A stretch of 64,000 bases of DNA from Campylobacterales bacterium (GTDB lineage: Bacteria > Campylobacterota > Campylobacteria > Campylobacterales > QNZT01): assembly GCA_027066435.1 (NCBI GenBank), contig JAMONX010000121.1, positions 4,120-68,119 on the forward strand. The letters are read 5' to 3'. Both the position numbers and the translations under genes were made by a program. Below the pieces are notes generated by a model. It was not told where the DNA came from. It was given only the letters and a program-made list of their open reading frames with translations, and did not search any database. Positions 37,240 through 46,715 of this stretch are shown piece after piece; the first letter of the stretch is position 1; every line of letters starts with the position of its first letter.

Positions 37240-37276
37240 TATAAGTGCAGGATATTATTTTTATAAGGAGGCTTTT

Positions 37277-39871
37277 ATGAAGTCGTTAGCAAGTAAGCTA
37301 GTAGCGGTTGCCTTGGGTATTACAGTGAGTGCATCTGTTGCTTTAGCTGATTCAGCACTTGAAAAGGTGATGAAAGAGCGGGGCTTGAGTGAGATAGATC
37401 TTTTAGCAGCAGCTAAAACCTATACGCCAACTGGTATGCATGACAAGTATGTTGTGTTTAGTTCTGGTGGTCAATCAGGGCAGGTTATTGTGTATGGTGT
37501 TCCATCTATGCGGATTATCAAGTACATTGCAGTTTTTACACCTGAACCTTGGCAGGGATATGGATATGATGAGGATTCTAAAAAAGTTCTTAGACAAGGA
37601 AATATCAGAGGAAAAGAGATAAATTGGGGAGATACTCATCACCCAGCACTCTCTGAAGTAGATGGAAAGTATGATGGAAAATGGCTTTTTATCAATGATA
37701 AAGCGAATCCAAGAATCGCAGTTATCGATTTGCATGATTTTGAAACAAAGCAGATAGTTGTAAATCCAGTTTTTAAATCAGAACACGGTGGAGCCTTTGT
37801 AACTCCAAATACCGACTATATTTTAGAAGCCGCACAATATGCAGCTCCACTTGATAATAATTATCATCCAATAGAGGAGTATAAAGAGAGTTATCGTGGT
37901 GGTGTGACTTTTTGGAAATTTAATAAAGATACAGGAAGAATTGAGGAAAAAAACTCTTTTACTCTTGAGATGCCTCCATATATGCAAGATATTACCGATG
38001 CAGGTAAAGGTGCAAGTGATGGCTGGGGGTTTACTAACTCGTTTAATGCTGAGATGTACACAGGTGGGATAGAGAAGGGGCTTCCTCCTTTTGAAGCTGG
38101 TATGAGTAGATTTGATACAGATTTTTTGCATGTTTACAATTGGAAAATATTGGCAAAATTAGCAGAAGATCCAAAAAATGTAAAAATCATTAATGATCAT
38201 AGAGTAATTCCTATGAGTGTTGCAGTTGCGAATAACGCACTATTTTTGATTCCTGAGCCAAAGTCTCCACATGGTGTTGATGTTTCTCCAGATGGTAAAT
38301 ATATCACCGTTTGTGGAAAACTCGATACTCACGCTTCAGTTTATAGTTGGGAAAAGATTCAAAAGTTAATCAAAGACAAAGATTATGCGGGAAAAGATCC
38401 TTACGGTATACCAATTTTGGATATGAAAAAAGCACTGCACGGTCAGGTAGAGCTAGGGCTTGGGCCATTACATAATCAATACTCGCCAGTTGATGGAGAG
38501 ATATATACATCTTTATATGTTGATTCTCAAGTAGTTAAGTGGAATTATAAAGACTTAAAAGTGCTTGATAAAGTCAATGTTCATTATAACATTGGTCATC
38601 TTGCTGGTATGGAAGGAAAATCAGCAGATCCTCAAGGGGACTTTGTGATTGCTCTTAATAAGCTTGCAATTGATAGATTTACCAATGTAGGACCTTTGCA
38701 TCCTCAAAATCATCAGTTGATTGATATCAAGGGTAAAAAGATGCAACTTCTTTATGATATGCCTCTTCCTTTGGGTGAGCCACATCAAGCTGTCTCTATA
38801 AGAGCTAGTAAATTGCATCCAGCTGTAAGATATAAGATGGGTACGGATTCAAAAACTGGTAAAATTCATCCAGGTAAAACACTTGCGGGTGAAGAGAGAA
38901 TTGAGCGAGATGGTAAAAATGTGACGGTTTATGCAACATTTGTAAGAAGCCATATCAATCCTGAAAGATTTACGGTGAATAAGGGTGATACAGTAACAAT
39001 TCACATGACAAATCTTGAGCGTGCAGAGGATGAGACACATGGATTTACAGTAAGCCAACACGGCATTCATGCTTCACTAGAACCAGGTGAGACTGCAACT
39101 GTTAAATTTGTAGCAGATCTTGAGGGTGTATTTCCATACTATTGTACGGAATTTTGTTCAGCACTTCATCTTGAGATGATGGGTTATATGATGGTCAAAG
39201 ATCCAGACAAAAAGTATACAAGTGCTAAAAAACTTAAAATGAAAACAATGTCACCAGAGCAACTCAAACAAGAATATGATAAAACAGTTGGTGTAAATAA
39301 AGCCACTGATGATGTTATTCAGAGTGTTGTAAAATTCTTAAAAGATAACAAATTTGGTGATTATCCAGCAGTTGCTGCACTTGTAACAGATGCACTTGAT
39401 CAATATGGGAAAATTCCTGCACAGAAAAAGCTCTCCGACGATGCTGTAGCAGCAGGTGATATGGATAAAGCTATTCTTTATGAGGGTATGATTTGGCAGT
39501 ATATGGTAAAAACCGCAGATGCTGGAATTAGAGCTAAAGATATGCTTGTTAGAAAACTTGCAACCAAACAGAGTTCTGCTGCAATTGCAGGAGAAAGAGC
39601 TTTCAACGAAGGTGGATGTTCAGGTTGTCATGTTATCGGAAAAGTTAGTTCTGGTCCTGATTTGACTGGTGTTTTAAGTAGGCATGAAAATGGTGAAGAT
39701 TGGGTTTCTAAGTTTATCAAGCATCCTGAAAAAATGTATGATGACCCATATGTTAAGGCTATGATTGATCACTTTAATCTTAAAATGCCTAATCAAAGTA
39801 TGAGTGACCAAGAGGTTAAAGATATTATCGAGTATATGAAGTGGATTGACGAAAACGCCAATTTGTTTTAA
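37277..39871 (+). CDS. nosZ: Nitrous-oxide reductase, clade II with C-terminal cytochrome c domain (cNosZ)
   Basis: Sec-type signal MKSLASKLVAVALGITVSASVALA (no twin-Arg). CuA motif YYCTEFCSALHLEMMGYM. C-terminal heme motif CSGCHV. The ORF track start at 37205 lies inside the regulatory palindrome; the ATG at 37277 has a strong Shine-Dalgarno. Confidence 0.92.
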   Translation: MKSLASKLVAVALGITVSASVALADSALEKVMKERGLSEIDLLAAAKTYTPTGMHDKYVVFSSGGQSGQVIVYGVPSMRIIKYIAVFTPEPWQGYGYDEDSKKVLRQGNIRGKEINWGDTHHPALSEVDGKYDGKWLFINDKANPRIAVIDLHDFETKQIVVNPVFKSEHGGAFVTPNTDYILEAAQYAAPLDNNYHPIEEYKESYRGGVTFWKFNKDTGRIEEKNSFTLEMPPYMQDITDAGKGASDGWGFTNSFNAEMYTGGIEKGLPPFEAGMSRFDTDFLHVYNWKILAKLAEDPKNVKIINDHRVIPMSVAVANNALFLIPEPKSPHGVDVSPDGKYITVCGKLDTHASVYSWEKIQKLIKDKDYAGKDPYGIPILDMKKALHGQVELGLGPLHNQYSPVDGEIYTSLYVDSQVVKWNYKDLKVLDKVNVHYNIGHLAGMEGKSADPQGDFVIALNKLAIDRFTNVGPLHPQNHQLIDIKGKKMQLLYDMPLPLGEPHQAVSIRASKLHPAVRYKMGTDSKTGKIHPGKTLAGEERIERDGKNVTVYATFVRSHINPERFTVNKGDTVTIHMTNLERAEDETHGFTVSQHGIHASLEPGETATVKFVADLEGVFPYYCTEFCSALHLEMMGYMMVKDPDKKYTSAKKLKMKTMSPEQLKQEYDKTVGVNKATDDVIQSVVKFLKDNKFGDYPAVAALVTDALDQYGKIPAQKKLSDDAVAAGDMDKAILYEGMIWQYMVKTADAGIRAKDMLVRKLATKQSSAAIAGERAFNEGGCSGCHVIGKVSSGPDLTGVLSRHENGEDWVSKFIKHPEKMYDDPYVKAMIDHFNLKMPNQSMSDQEVKDIIEYMKWIDENANLF

Positions 39872-39880
39872 AACGCTTAT

Positions 39881-39905
39881 CTAAAGGGGTTATTTCTCCC
39901 TTTAG
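39881..39905 (+). terminator. Hairpin just after nosZ (terminator/attenuator candidate inside the nos cluster)
   Basis: CTAAAGGG - 9-nt loop - CCCTTTAG, 10 nt after the nosZ stop, followed by AT-rich sequence. Confidence 0.45.
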
Positions 39906-39977
39906 ATTAATTTAAAATTATTTGATCTGATTTGACATAGTCAGATGATATTAGATAAATTTTTTAGGGGATGGGAT

Positions 39978-40757
39978 ATGAATTCATCTATGATAAAATC
40001 AAAGATTTTTGCCATTTTGGCTTTGGGGATATTTTTATACGGTTTTGTAGTACCAACAGTTGGTTTTCACGGGGCGGTGGATAAAATTGCTCAAGGTAAA
40101 GAAGATACGCTTTCACCTATAACATTTTCGATGTGGAATTTTTACAATCAAGATAGGTATTTTAGTCACTCTATGCCTAAAGAGGCAAAGGGAGATTTAC
40201 AAAAGATGATAGATGAGACTGCTGAAATTGGTGTAGCATCTGCTCCTATTTGGTCAGTTTCTCTTGAAGCTCCAAACTATCCAAAAGAGGCATTTCCTGA
40301 AGGAATTCCTGTGTTTTTTCATTTTGATGGATTTAGTGGAGAAGTTCATGAGATGAATACAATCAACCACTACATAGGTATGGATCCGATGGAGAGAGGT
40401 GGTCCATATGAAAGATTGTTAGCTCCTTATGCTTTGGTTTTTACAGCATTTTTAATGTTCTTGTTTATTATTTACAATAAAAAGATTTTTTCACTTTTTA
40501 TGCTTATACCTGCCTTTTTGCCACTTATATTTATAGGGCTTTACTCTTATTGGCTCTATTGGTTTGGACACAATATGCATGATTATGGTGCATTTAAAAT
40601 CAAACCATTTATGCCGACTGTTTTTGGAGATGGAAAGGTGGCACAATTTGTTACACACTCTTATCCTGGACTTGGGTTTTGGTTACTACTGGCGATTAGT
40701 CTTCTTTCACTTTTGGCGATTATATCAAGGTCAAAAGCACTTAAAGCTCAGTACTAA
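39978..40757 (+). CDS. nosB: NosB, clade II-specific membrane protein
   Basis: Position directly after nosZ. About 4 TM helices with a periplasmic loop. Matches the Wolinella-type gene order. The ORF track starts at 39945; an AGGGGA Shine-Dalgarno favours the ATG at 39978. Confidence 0.7.
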   Translation: MNSSMIKSKIFAILALGIFLYGFVVPTVGFHGAVDKIAQGKEDTLSPITFSMWNFYNQDRYFSHSMPKEAKGDLQKMIDETAEIGVASAPIWSVSLEAPNYPKEAFPEGIPVFFHFDGFSGEVHEMNTINHYIGMDPMERGGPYERLLAPYALVFTAFLMFLFIIYNKKIFSLFMLIPAFLPLIFIGLYSYWLYWFGHNMHDYGAFKIKPFMPTVFGDGKVAQFVTHSYPGLGFWLLLAISLLSLLAIISRSKALKAQY

Positions 40758-40760
40758 AAC

Positions 40761-41966
40761 ATGCGACTTTTTATCATATTAGCACTATGTTTTGCTTTAG
40801 GTAGTGCTAATAGTTTGCAAGATGTTATTGATAAAGCGGAAGAAAATTCGATTATCAATCTTCCCAAAGGTCTTTATAAAGGCAATATTGAGATAAAAAA
40901 GCCATTAACGATTATAGGTCATCCTGATGGTTCTACGATTTATGGTGATGGAGAGGGGACTGTCATAAAAATCTCAAGCTCTTTTGTAACACTTAAAAAT
41001 CTCACCATTAGACATAGTGGCGAGATGCACTATAGTTTGGATTCAGCGATTAGAGTTATTGAGTCAAAATATATTGAGATTATAGATTGTGATATTGATG
41101 ATTCTCTTTTTGGAATAGACCTTCAAAATGTCTCAAATTCTAAAATTATAGGAAATAAAATAAAATCTAAAGATTTTGATTTAGGTCTTCGAGGTGATGG
41201 AATTAGAGTTTGGTATAGCAATGATAATATAATCAAAAAAAATCATCTTAGCTACTCTCGTGATATGGTAATTTGGTATAGTCATGGTAATTTGATTGAA
41301 GAGAATTTTGCAGAGTATGGTAGATACTCTTTGCATTTTATGTATACAGGTGCAAATATAGTTAAAAATAATACTTTTGAACACAACTCTGTGGGGATAT
41401 TTTTTATGTACTCTCGTGATACGATTGCTACTGGTAATGTCATAAAAAATTCACTAGGAGCTACAGGCATGGGAATTGGGCTTAAAGAGGTTTCTAACTT
41501 TATTGTAAAGGATAATACGGTGATTTATTGTGCAAAGGGGTTTTATATCGACTGGTCGCCCTTTGAGCCTGATATGAGAAATATCATAGAAGAGAACAAT
41601 ATACTTTATAATGCTACGGGAATGCATTTTCACGCACTTAGCGTCCATAATGATATCAAGAAAAATAATTTTGTAGGCAATATGGAAAATGTAGTCAATG
41701 ACTCAAAAAAAACTCAAATATCTAAAAATAGTTGGGATGAAAACTATTGGGATGACTATCAGGGGTTTGATAGAGATAAAGATGGCTTTGGAGATACTCC
41801 CTACCATAGTTTTGCCTATGCAGATAAGATGTGGCTTTACAATCCTAATGTGAAATTTTTCTATGGTTCTCCTGTAATAGCTATTATAGATTTTTTAGCA
41901 AAATTGGCACCATTTTCACAACCAGTACTTTTGTTGAGTGACCAAAATCCAAGGATGAAACGATGA
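40761..41966 (+). CDS. nosD: NosD, periplasmic beta-helix accessory protein
   Basis: Signal peptide. Repeated parallel beta-helix units (I.N..I.....GI.L). Confidence 0.85.
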   Translation: MRLFIILALCFALGSANSLQDVIDKAEENSIINLPKGLYKGNIEIKKPLTIIGHPDGSTIYGDGEGTVIKISSSFVTLKNLTIRHSGEMHYSLDSAIRVIESKYIEIIDCDIDDSLFGIDLQNVSNSKIIGNKIKSKDFDLGLRGDGIRVWYSNDNIIKKNHLSYSRDMVIWYSHGNLIEENFAEYGRYSLHFMYTGANIVKNNTFEHNSVGIFFMYSRDTIATGNVIKNSLGATGMGIGLKEVSNFIVKDNTVIYCAKGFYIDWSPFEPDMRNIIEENNILYNATGMHFHALSVHNDIKKNNFVGNMENVVNDSKKTQISKNSWDENYWDDYQGFDRDKDGFGDTPYHSFAYADKMWLYNPNVKFFYGSPVIAIIDFLAKLAPFSQPVLLLSDQNPRMKR

Positions 41967-42751
41967 GAGAAGAGATAGGTGAGAGAAGAGATTTTATAAA
42001 ACAACTTTCAGCACTTGGGATATTGGGTGCTGTTGTTGCAACGGGAATTGGTGGTACTGTTTATCTTGGTGCAGACAATAGAGCTCTTTTGCGTCCTCCA
42101 GCTGCTGTGGATGAAGAGAATTTTTTAGCACTTTGTGTCAAGTGTGGTCAATGCCTGCAAGTGTGTCCATATGACTCTATTATATTGGCAGATGTGGATG
42201 AAGGAGCTGGAGTAGGAACACCATTTATAGATGCATTAAGAAGAGGATGTTATCTATGTCCACTTCTTCCATGTGTACTTGCTTGTCCTAGTGGTGCACT
42301 TGATCATCATGTTGAAGATATTAAAAAATTAGAGATGGGGATTGCAATTACTCCTAAAATTAACTCTTGCATCGCATTAGAAAATAAAACTGTAACAAAA
42401 AAGATGATAAATCGTGTATATGACAATACCAAAACGCTAACAAAGAGTGAACTTAAACACCATAAATTGGAGGAGTTTCCAAATAAATCTGATAAAAGAG
42501 AACTTGAAGAGGAAGTTCTTAAAAAATTAGATACTTTTGAAGGAAAAGCTTGTACTCTTTGTGCAGATATGTGTCCTTTGCCAAATTCAAATGAAGCGAT
42601 TATTATGGTAGCTGATGAAAAAAGTGGTGGCAAAAAGCCTAAAATTTTAGAAGCTTGTGTTGGGTGCGGGGTTTGTGTGGAAGTGTGTCCCGCATCTGTA
42701 TTGGCTATCAAGCCAAGGCTAAAATATAGTGATTATTATGAGAAAGGGTAG
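41963..42751 (+). CDS. nosG: NosG, NapG-like periplasmic poly-ferredoxin
   Basis: Tat-like RRDFIKQLSALG. Several Cys clusters (CVKCGQCLQVCP, CYLCPLLPCVLACP, CTLCADMCP, CVGCGVCVEVCP). Confidence 0.8.
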   Translation: MREEIGERRDFIKQLSALGILGAVVATGIGGTVYLGADNRALLRPPAAVDEENFLALCVKCGQCLQVCPYDSIILADVDEGAGVGTPFIDALRRGCYLCPLLPCVLACPSGALDHHVEDIKKLEMGIAITPKINSCIALENKTVTKKMINRVYDNTKTLTKSELKHHKLEEFPNKSDKRELEEEVLKKLDTFEGKACTLCADMCPLPNSNEAIIMVADEKSGGKKPKILEACVGCGVCVEVCPASVLAIKPRLKYSDYYEKG

Positions 42752-42754
42752 GAA

Positions 42755-43372
42755 GTGAAAAAATATATTTATATGATTGTAATTACAGGTTTATTGATTG
42801 GTTGTGGTGATAAACCAGATGAGCCTACAGTTGATTTGAAAGAGGCTGATATTACACAAATCAAGATAACTCAAGGTCAAAAAAGAGTTGAGCAAGTTGA
42901 AGTAACTCCTAAAGAGGCAATTGAAAAAGATGAAAAAGGGTTTTATTATGCTTATAATGAGGATGCCAAAAAGGAGAATTTGGAGGATACAACCCACACA
43001 AGAATAGATGCACAAGCACATGTTAAAAATAGAGTAATTGATGGTAAAATTGCTGTTGTTGAAAAAGGTACAACCTTTGATAATCCATATGAATATGTGA
43101 GGCTCGATCTTCTAAAAACCGCACTTAGCAAAAATTTCATAGTTAAATGTTCCTCTTGTCACGATAACTATGCAAATGGCATCATTGGACCTTCACTTCT
43201 TAGAAAAGATGGTAATTATATCTATGGACAACTTATCAAGTATAGAAATGACCCTACAAAAAATGTATTAATGAGGGATTTGGTAAATAATATGACAGAA
43301 GCAGAGCTTAAAAAAATTGCAGATGAAATTGCACTATTTAATAAAGAAATTAGAGCACTAAAGGGTAAATAA
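42755..43372 (+). CDS. nosC1: NosC1, monoheme c-type cytochrome lipoprotein
   Basis: Lipobox LLIGC. Single CSSCHD motif. Its position matches Wolinella nosC1. Confidence 0.75.
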   Translation: MKKYIYMIVITGLLIGCGDKPDEPTVDLKEADITQIKITQGQKRVEQVEVTPKEAIEKDEKGFYYAYNEDAKKENLEDTTHTRIDAQAHVKNRVIDGKIAVVEKGTTFDNPYEYVRLDLLKTALSKNFIVKCSSCHDNYANGIIGPSLLRKDGNYIYGQLIKYRNDPTKNVLMRDLVNNMTEAELKKIADEIALFNKEIRALKGK

Positions 43373-43887
43373 TGATAAGACATATATTAGCACTATTGGC
43401 ATTTGTAGCAACATTAGCTACATTTTGGTATCTGTATCAAGTTGATAAAGAGGTGGATGCTATAGGCAAAGTCAATGAGATTTTTAGAAAATCAGATATG
43501 CTTGTAGAGATGGGTAAAAAGAGTGCAAGTTCGGGTGTTATGACGGCAATTGAACCAAAAGATATTACACCTACTATAAAAGAGGAAGAGGATAAGCTAA
43601 AAGCCTTAAGAGATAAAGCTGGAAATATAGGTGGATTTGAGGTAAGTACTCTTTATAGAACTAAGTGTGCATCTTGTCATGGTGTTAATGGAAATGGGGG
43701 CATAGGAGCAAAGATAATTGGATTAACATATGAAGAGATTAGCAAAAAATTAAGTAATTTTAAAACGGGTGTTGAGAAAAATTATATTATGTACGGACTT
43801 CTTCAAAACTTAAATGATGAAGAGTTAGACTCTTTGGCAAAAGAGATATCAGAGTTCGCAAATCTTGCTAAGGCATCTAAAAAATAG
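43372..43887 (+). CDS. nosC2: NosC2, membrane-anchored monoheme c-type cytochrome
   Basis: N-terminal TM helix. Single CASCHG motif. The start overlaps the nosC1 stop. Confidence 0.75.
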   Translation: MIRHILALLAFVATLATFWYLYQVDKEVDAIGKVNEIFRKSDMLVEMGKKSASSGVMTAIEPKDITPTIKEEEDKLKALRDKAGNIGGFEVSTLYRTKCASCHGVNGNGGIGAKIIGLTYEEISKKLSNFKTGVEKNYIMYGLLQNLNDEELDSLAKEISEFANLAKASKK

Positions 43888-43896
43888 GGAATTATC

Positions 43897-44811
43897 ATGT
43901 TTATAGATAAATATAATTTAGGTAGAAAAGAGTTGGTTGAAATGCCACTTAAAAGTACATTTTTCATCAAAAATGCCAAAGGAAAGATTAAACCTAGTTG
44001 GCGTTTTTGGAAATGGTTTTCTGTTATATCAATTCATCTGCTCTTTTTTCTATCGTTTTTTATAGATATTCAAATTCTCGAAGGTACACTCAGTGCATCT
44101 AGGTTTTTGGGTTTTCACATGATAGATCCTTTTGCAACTATGGAAGTTTTTGTAACACAGTATAAACTTGGTATCAATTTGATTATAGGTACTGCAACTA
44201 TTGTAGTTCTCTATCTACTTATAGGTGGACGGACATATTGTGGTTGGGTTTGTCCATATAGTATATTAGCAGATATTGCAGAGGCGATACATCATAAATT
44301 AGTAGGCTTGGGGGTCATTAAAAAGAGAGTTTATAGCCACAAAATTAAATACTTTTTTTGGATAGTTTTTTTAGCACTCGCTGCAGGAATGGGATATCTC
44401 GTTTTTGAGAGTATCAATATCGTAGGAATTTTAAGTCGTGCGATTGTCTATGGGTGGAGTATGGCACTTATTTGGGTATTTATTGTTTTTATTTTTGATG
44501 TTTTTTTCGCTTCAAGGGCTTGGTGTACTTATATATGCCCTGTTGGGACAACTTATGGGATGATTGGATGGGTAGGAGCTACAAAGATTGAGTGGAATGA
44601 CAACTGTGACCACTGCATGGCATGTCACGGAGTATGTCCAGAACCGCATGTTCTCGAACTGACTAAAGCTAGATACGATAAAGTAAGAGAAGAAAAGGGT
44701 GTAAAAAAAGCACATATTGTTAGTGGAGATTGTACGATGTGCGGACGATGTATTGATGTGTGCCACTCTGATGCACTCGGATATAATTTTAGATTAGGAA
44801 ATCTTCTGTGA
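43897..44811 (+). CDS. nosH: NosH, NapH-like membrane Fe-S quinol dehydrogenase subunit
   Basis: TM helices with CGWVCPY and WCTYICPVGT. C-terminal clusters CDHCMACHGVCPE and CTMCGRCIDVCHS. Confidence 0.8.
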   Translation: MFIDKYNLGRKELVEMPLKSTFFIKNAKGKIKPSWRFWKWFSVISIHLLFFLSFFIDIQILEGTLSASRFLGFHMIDPFATMEVFVTQYKLGINLIIGTATIVVLYLLIGGRTYCGWVCPYSILADIAEAIHHKLVGLGVIKKRVYSHKIKYFFWIVFLALAAGMGYLVFESINIVGILSRAIVYGWSMALIWVFIVFIFDVFFASRAWCTYICPVGTTYGMIGWVGATKIEWNDNCDHCMACHGVCPEPHVLELTKARYDKVREEKGVKKAHIVSGDCTMCGRCIDVCHSDALGYNFRLGNLL

Positions 44812-45446
44812 TACAACTACAAAATGTAACAAAAAAGTTTTTTAAAGATAAGTCGCTTGATAATGTTAGTATCACTTTTAACAAAGGTGATAGAGTAGCT
44901 ATCATGGGACCAAATGGTGCAGGAAAAACAACACTAGTTCGAGTGATTCTTGGATATTATCATATTGGTAGTGGAGAAGTTAGGGTAGATGGATATGATC
45001 CAATTAAAGAGAGAGTTGAGGTAGTGCGAAATATTGGTTTTATTCCACAGTTGCCACCACCGATAAAACTTAGTTGTAAAGAGTTGATAGAGTATGTTTC
45101 AAAGAGTAGTGGATGCACTCAAAAATCAATTATAGATAATGCAGATAAAATGGGATTAGATATCCAAAAACAGATGAATAAATCTTTTTTCAAACTCTCA
45201 GGAGGGATGAAACAAAAGTTACTTATCTCAATAGCAGTTTCAAAAAAGAGTGATATTTTGATATTTGATGAACCTACTGCAAATCTTGACCCAAAAGGAC
45301 GAGAGAGTTTTTATAAACTTTTAGAAGTTATCAAAGAGGATAAAATCTTACTTTTTATCACTCACCGTTTAGATGAAATTGAGCATTTGGTTAATCGGGT
45401 TGTTTATATGGATTTAGGGAAGGTAGTTAGTGATGAGAAATTATAA
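44808..45446 (+). CDS. nosF: NosF, ABC transporter ATPase
   Basis: Walker A GPNGAGKTT, signature LSGGMKQK, Walker B ILIFDEP. Confidence 0.85.
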   Translation: MIQLQNVTKKFFKDKSLDNVSITFNKGDRVAIMGPNGAGKTTLVRVILGYYHIGSGEVRVDGYDPIKERVEVVRNIGFIPQLPPPIKLSCKELIEYVSKSSGCTQKSIIDNADKMGLDIQKQMNKSFFKLSGGMKQKLLISIAVSKKSDILIFDEPTANLDPKGRESFYKLLEVIKEDKILLFITHRLDEIEHLVNRVVYMDLGKVVSDEKL

Positions 45447-45888
45447 GATATGGCTTGTCTTTATTGTTTTACTCTCTTTTTTTGGATGTGAGAAAAAGAT
45501 TGATTTAAATCCTCACAAGATGCACTGGGATAGAGATATGTGTCAAAGATGCAAGATGGTTGTGAGTGAGAGAAATCATGCTGCTCAAATAATTAATCCA
45601 ATTACTGGAAAAACTTACTATTTTGATGATATAGGTTGTGTGGTTCTTTGGCTTAAGGAGAATGAAATAAAGTGGGCTGATAAAGCAATTATATGGGTAA
45701 CTGATTATAAAACTGGAAAATGGATTAATGCAAAAGAGGCAAAGTGGAGTACAACAAGTATTACACCGATGGCATTTGGTTTTGTTGCATATAAAGAGGG
45801 AAGCGAGCCAAAAGATGTTGAAATTATAGATTTTAATGAGATGTCAAAAAGAGCTATCGTCTTAGAATCAAAAAGGATAGATGGATGA
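45430..45888 (+). CDS. nosL: NosL-family copper chaperone lipoprotein (copy 1, between nosF and nosY)
   Basis: Lipobox SFFGC. NosL motifs DMCQRCKMVV...AAQ and YYFDDIGC. Confidence 0.7.
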   Translation: MMRNYKIWLVFIVLLSFFGCEKKIDLNPHKMHWDRDMCQRCKMVVSERNHAAQIINPITGKTYYFDDIGCVVLWLKENEIKWADKAIIWVTDYKTGKWINAKEAKWSTTSITPMAFGFVAYKEGSEPKDVEIIDFNEMSKRAIVLESKRIDG

Positions 45889-46712
45889 ATACATTGTGGT
45901 TAGTTGCCCGTTTAGATATCAAAGAGTCTATTCGTGCAAAATGGTTTTTTGTTTATAGTATTGTTTTTGGTGGACTTATAGCTCTTTTTTTTCTTACGGG
46001 TGTTACACAATCTGTTGTGATGGGTTTTAGTGGTCTTAGCCGTCTACTTTTAGTTTATATTCAAGTGACTATAGTGATACTTCCAATTTTTATCTTGATT
46101 ACGACAGTTAGGTCAATTTCTGGTGATAGAGAGAGTCATATATTGGAGTATATGCTTTCGTTTCCAGTTTCATTAAAGAGTTATTATTGGGGAAAACTTT
46201 TGGGTCGGTTTGTGACAGTTTTCTTTCCCGTGTTTGTAGCTATGATTATTGGGGTGATTTGGGGTGTGATAAAGGGTGCATCTGTTCCATGGGAGATGTT
46301 ACTGTTATATACAGCGATGCTTTTTGCATTGTCATCGGTTTTTTTAGGAATTGCTTTTTTTATATCTACTTTTGTGAAGTCTCAAGATATTGCTTTAGGG
46401 GTTGCATTTTTTGTTTGGATTGTTTTATTGGCATTTATTGATATTGTTTTGATTGGTGTTATGATGCAAGGTAATGTAGATGAGAGAATAATTATCTTTA
46501 GTGCTTTGGCAAATCCACTAGAGACTTTTAGGATTGGTGCTATTTCACTTTTTGATCCAGAACTTACTGTAATTGGGCCTACTGCTTATCATATTTTGGA
46601 TGTTTTTGGAAAAAATTTGTTTATGCTTTTTTCTATCATTTATCCTATAGCTTTGGGAATATTTTTTTCTGTTTTGGGGTATAATTTATTTAAAAGAAGA
46701 GATCTATTATAA
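45885..46712 (+). CDS. nosY: NosY, ABC-2 type permease
   Basis: Six TM helices. Its position follows nosF, with overlapping start/stop codons. Confidence 0.8.
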   Translation: MNTLWLVARLDIKESIRAKWFFVYSIVFGGLIALFFLTGVTQSVVMGFSGLSRLLLVYIQVTIVILPIFILITTVRSISGDRESHILEYMLSFPVSLKSYYWGKLLGRFVTVFFPVFVAMIIGVIWGVIKGASVPWEMLLLYTAMLFALSSVFLGIAFFISTFVKSQDIALGVAFFVWIVLLAFIDIVLIGVMMQGNVDERIIIFSALANPLETFRIGAISLFDPELTVIGPTAYHILDVFGKNLFMLFSIIYPIALGIFFSVLGYNLFKRRDLL

Positions 46713-46715
46713 AGG

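Noticed and set aside
37205-37276. N-terminal 24-codon extension of nosZ in the ORF track (MSITYIQFLTIIISAGYYFYKEAF)
   Set aside because: The ATG lies inside the Crp/Fnr-type palindrome and upstream of the TATAAT box. The ATG at 37277 has an AAGGAG Shine-Dalgarno and begins a proper signal peptide.
39932-39943. TTGAC-ATA-GTCA upstream of nosB as a second Crp/Fnr site
   Set aside because: The half-site spacing is 3 nt instead of 4 and the outer bases do not match. It is more likely just part of the larger ATCTGA/TCAGAT inverted repeat.
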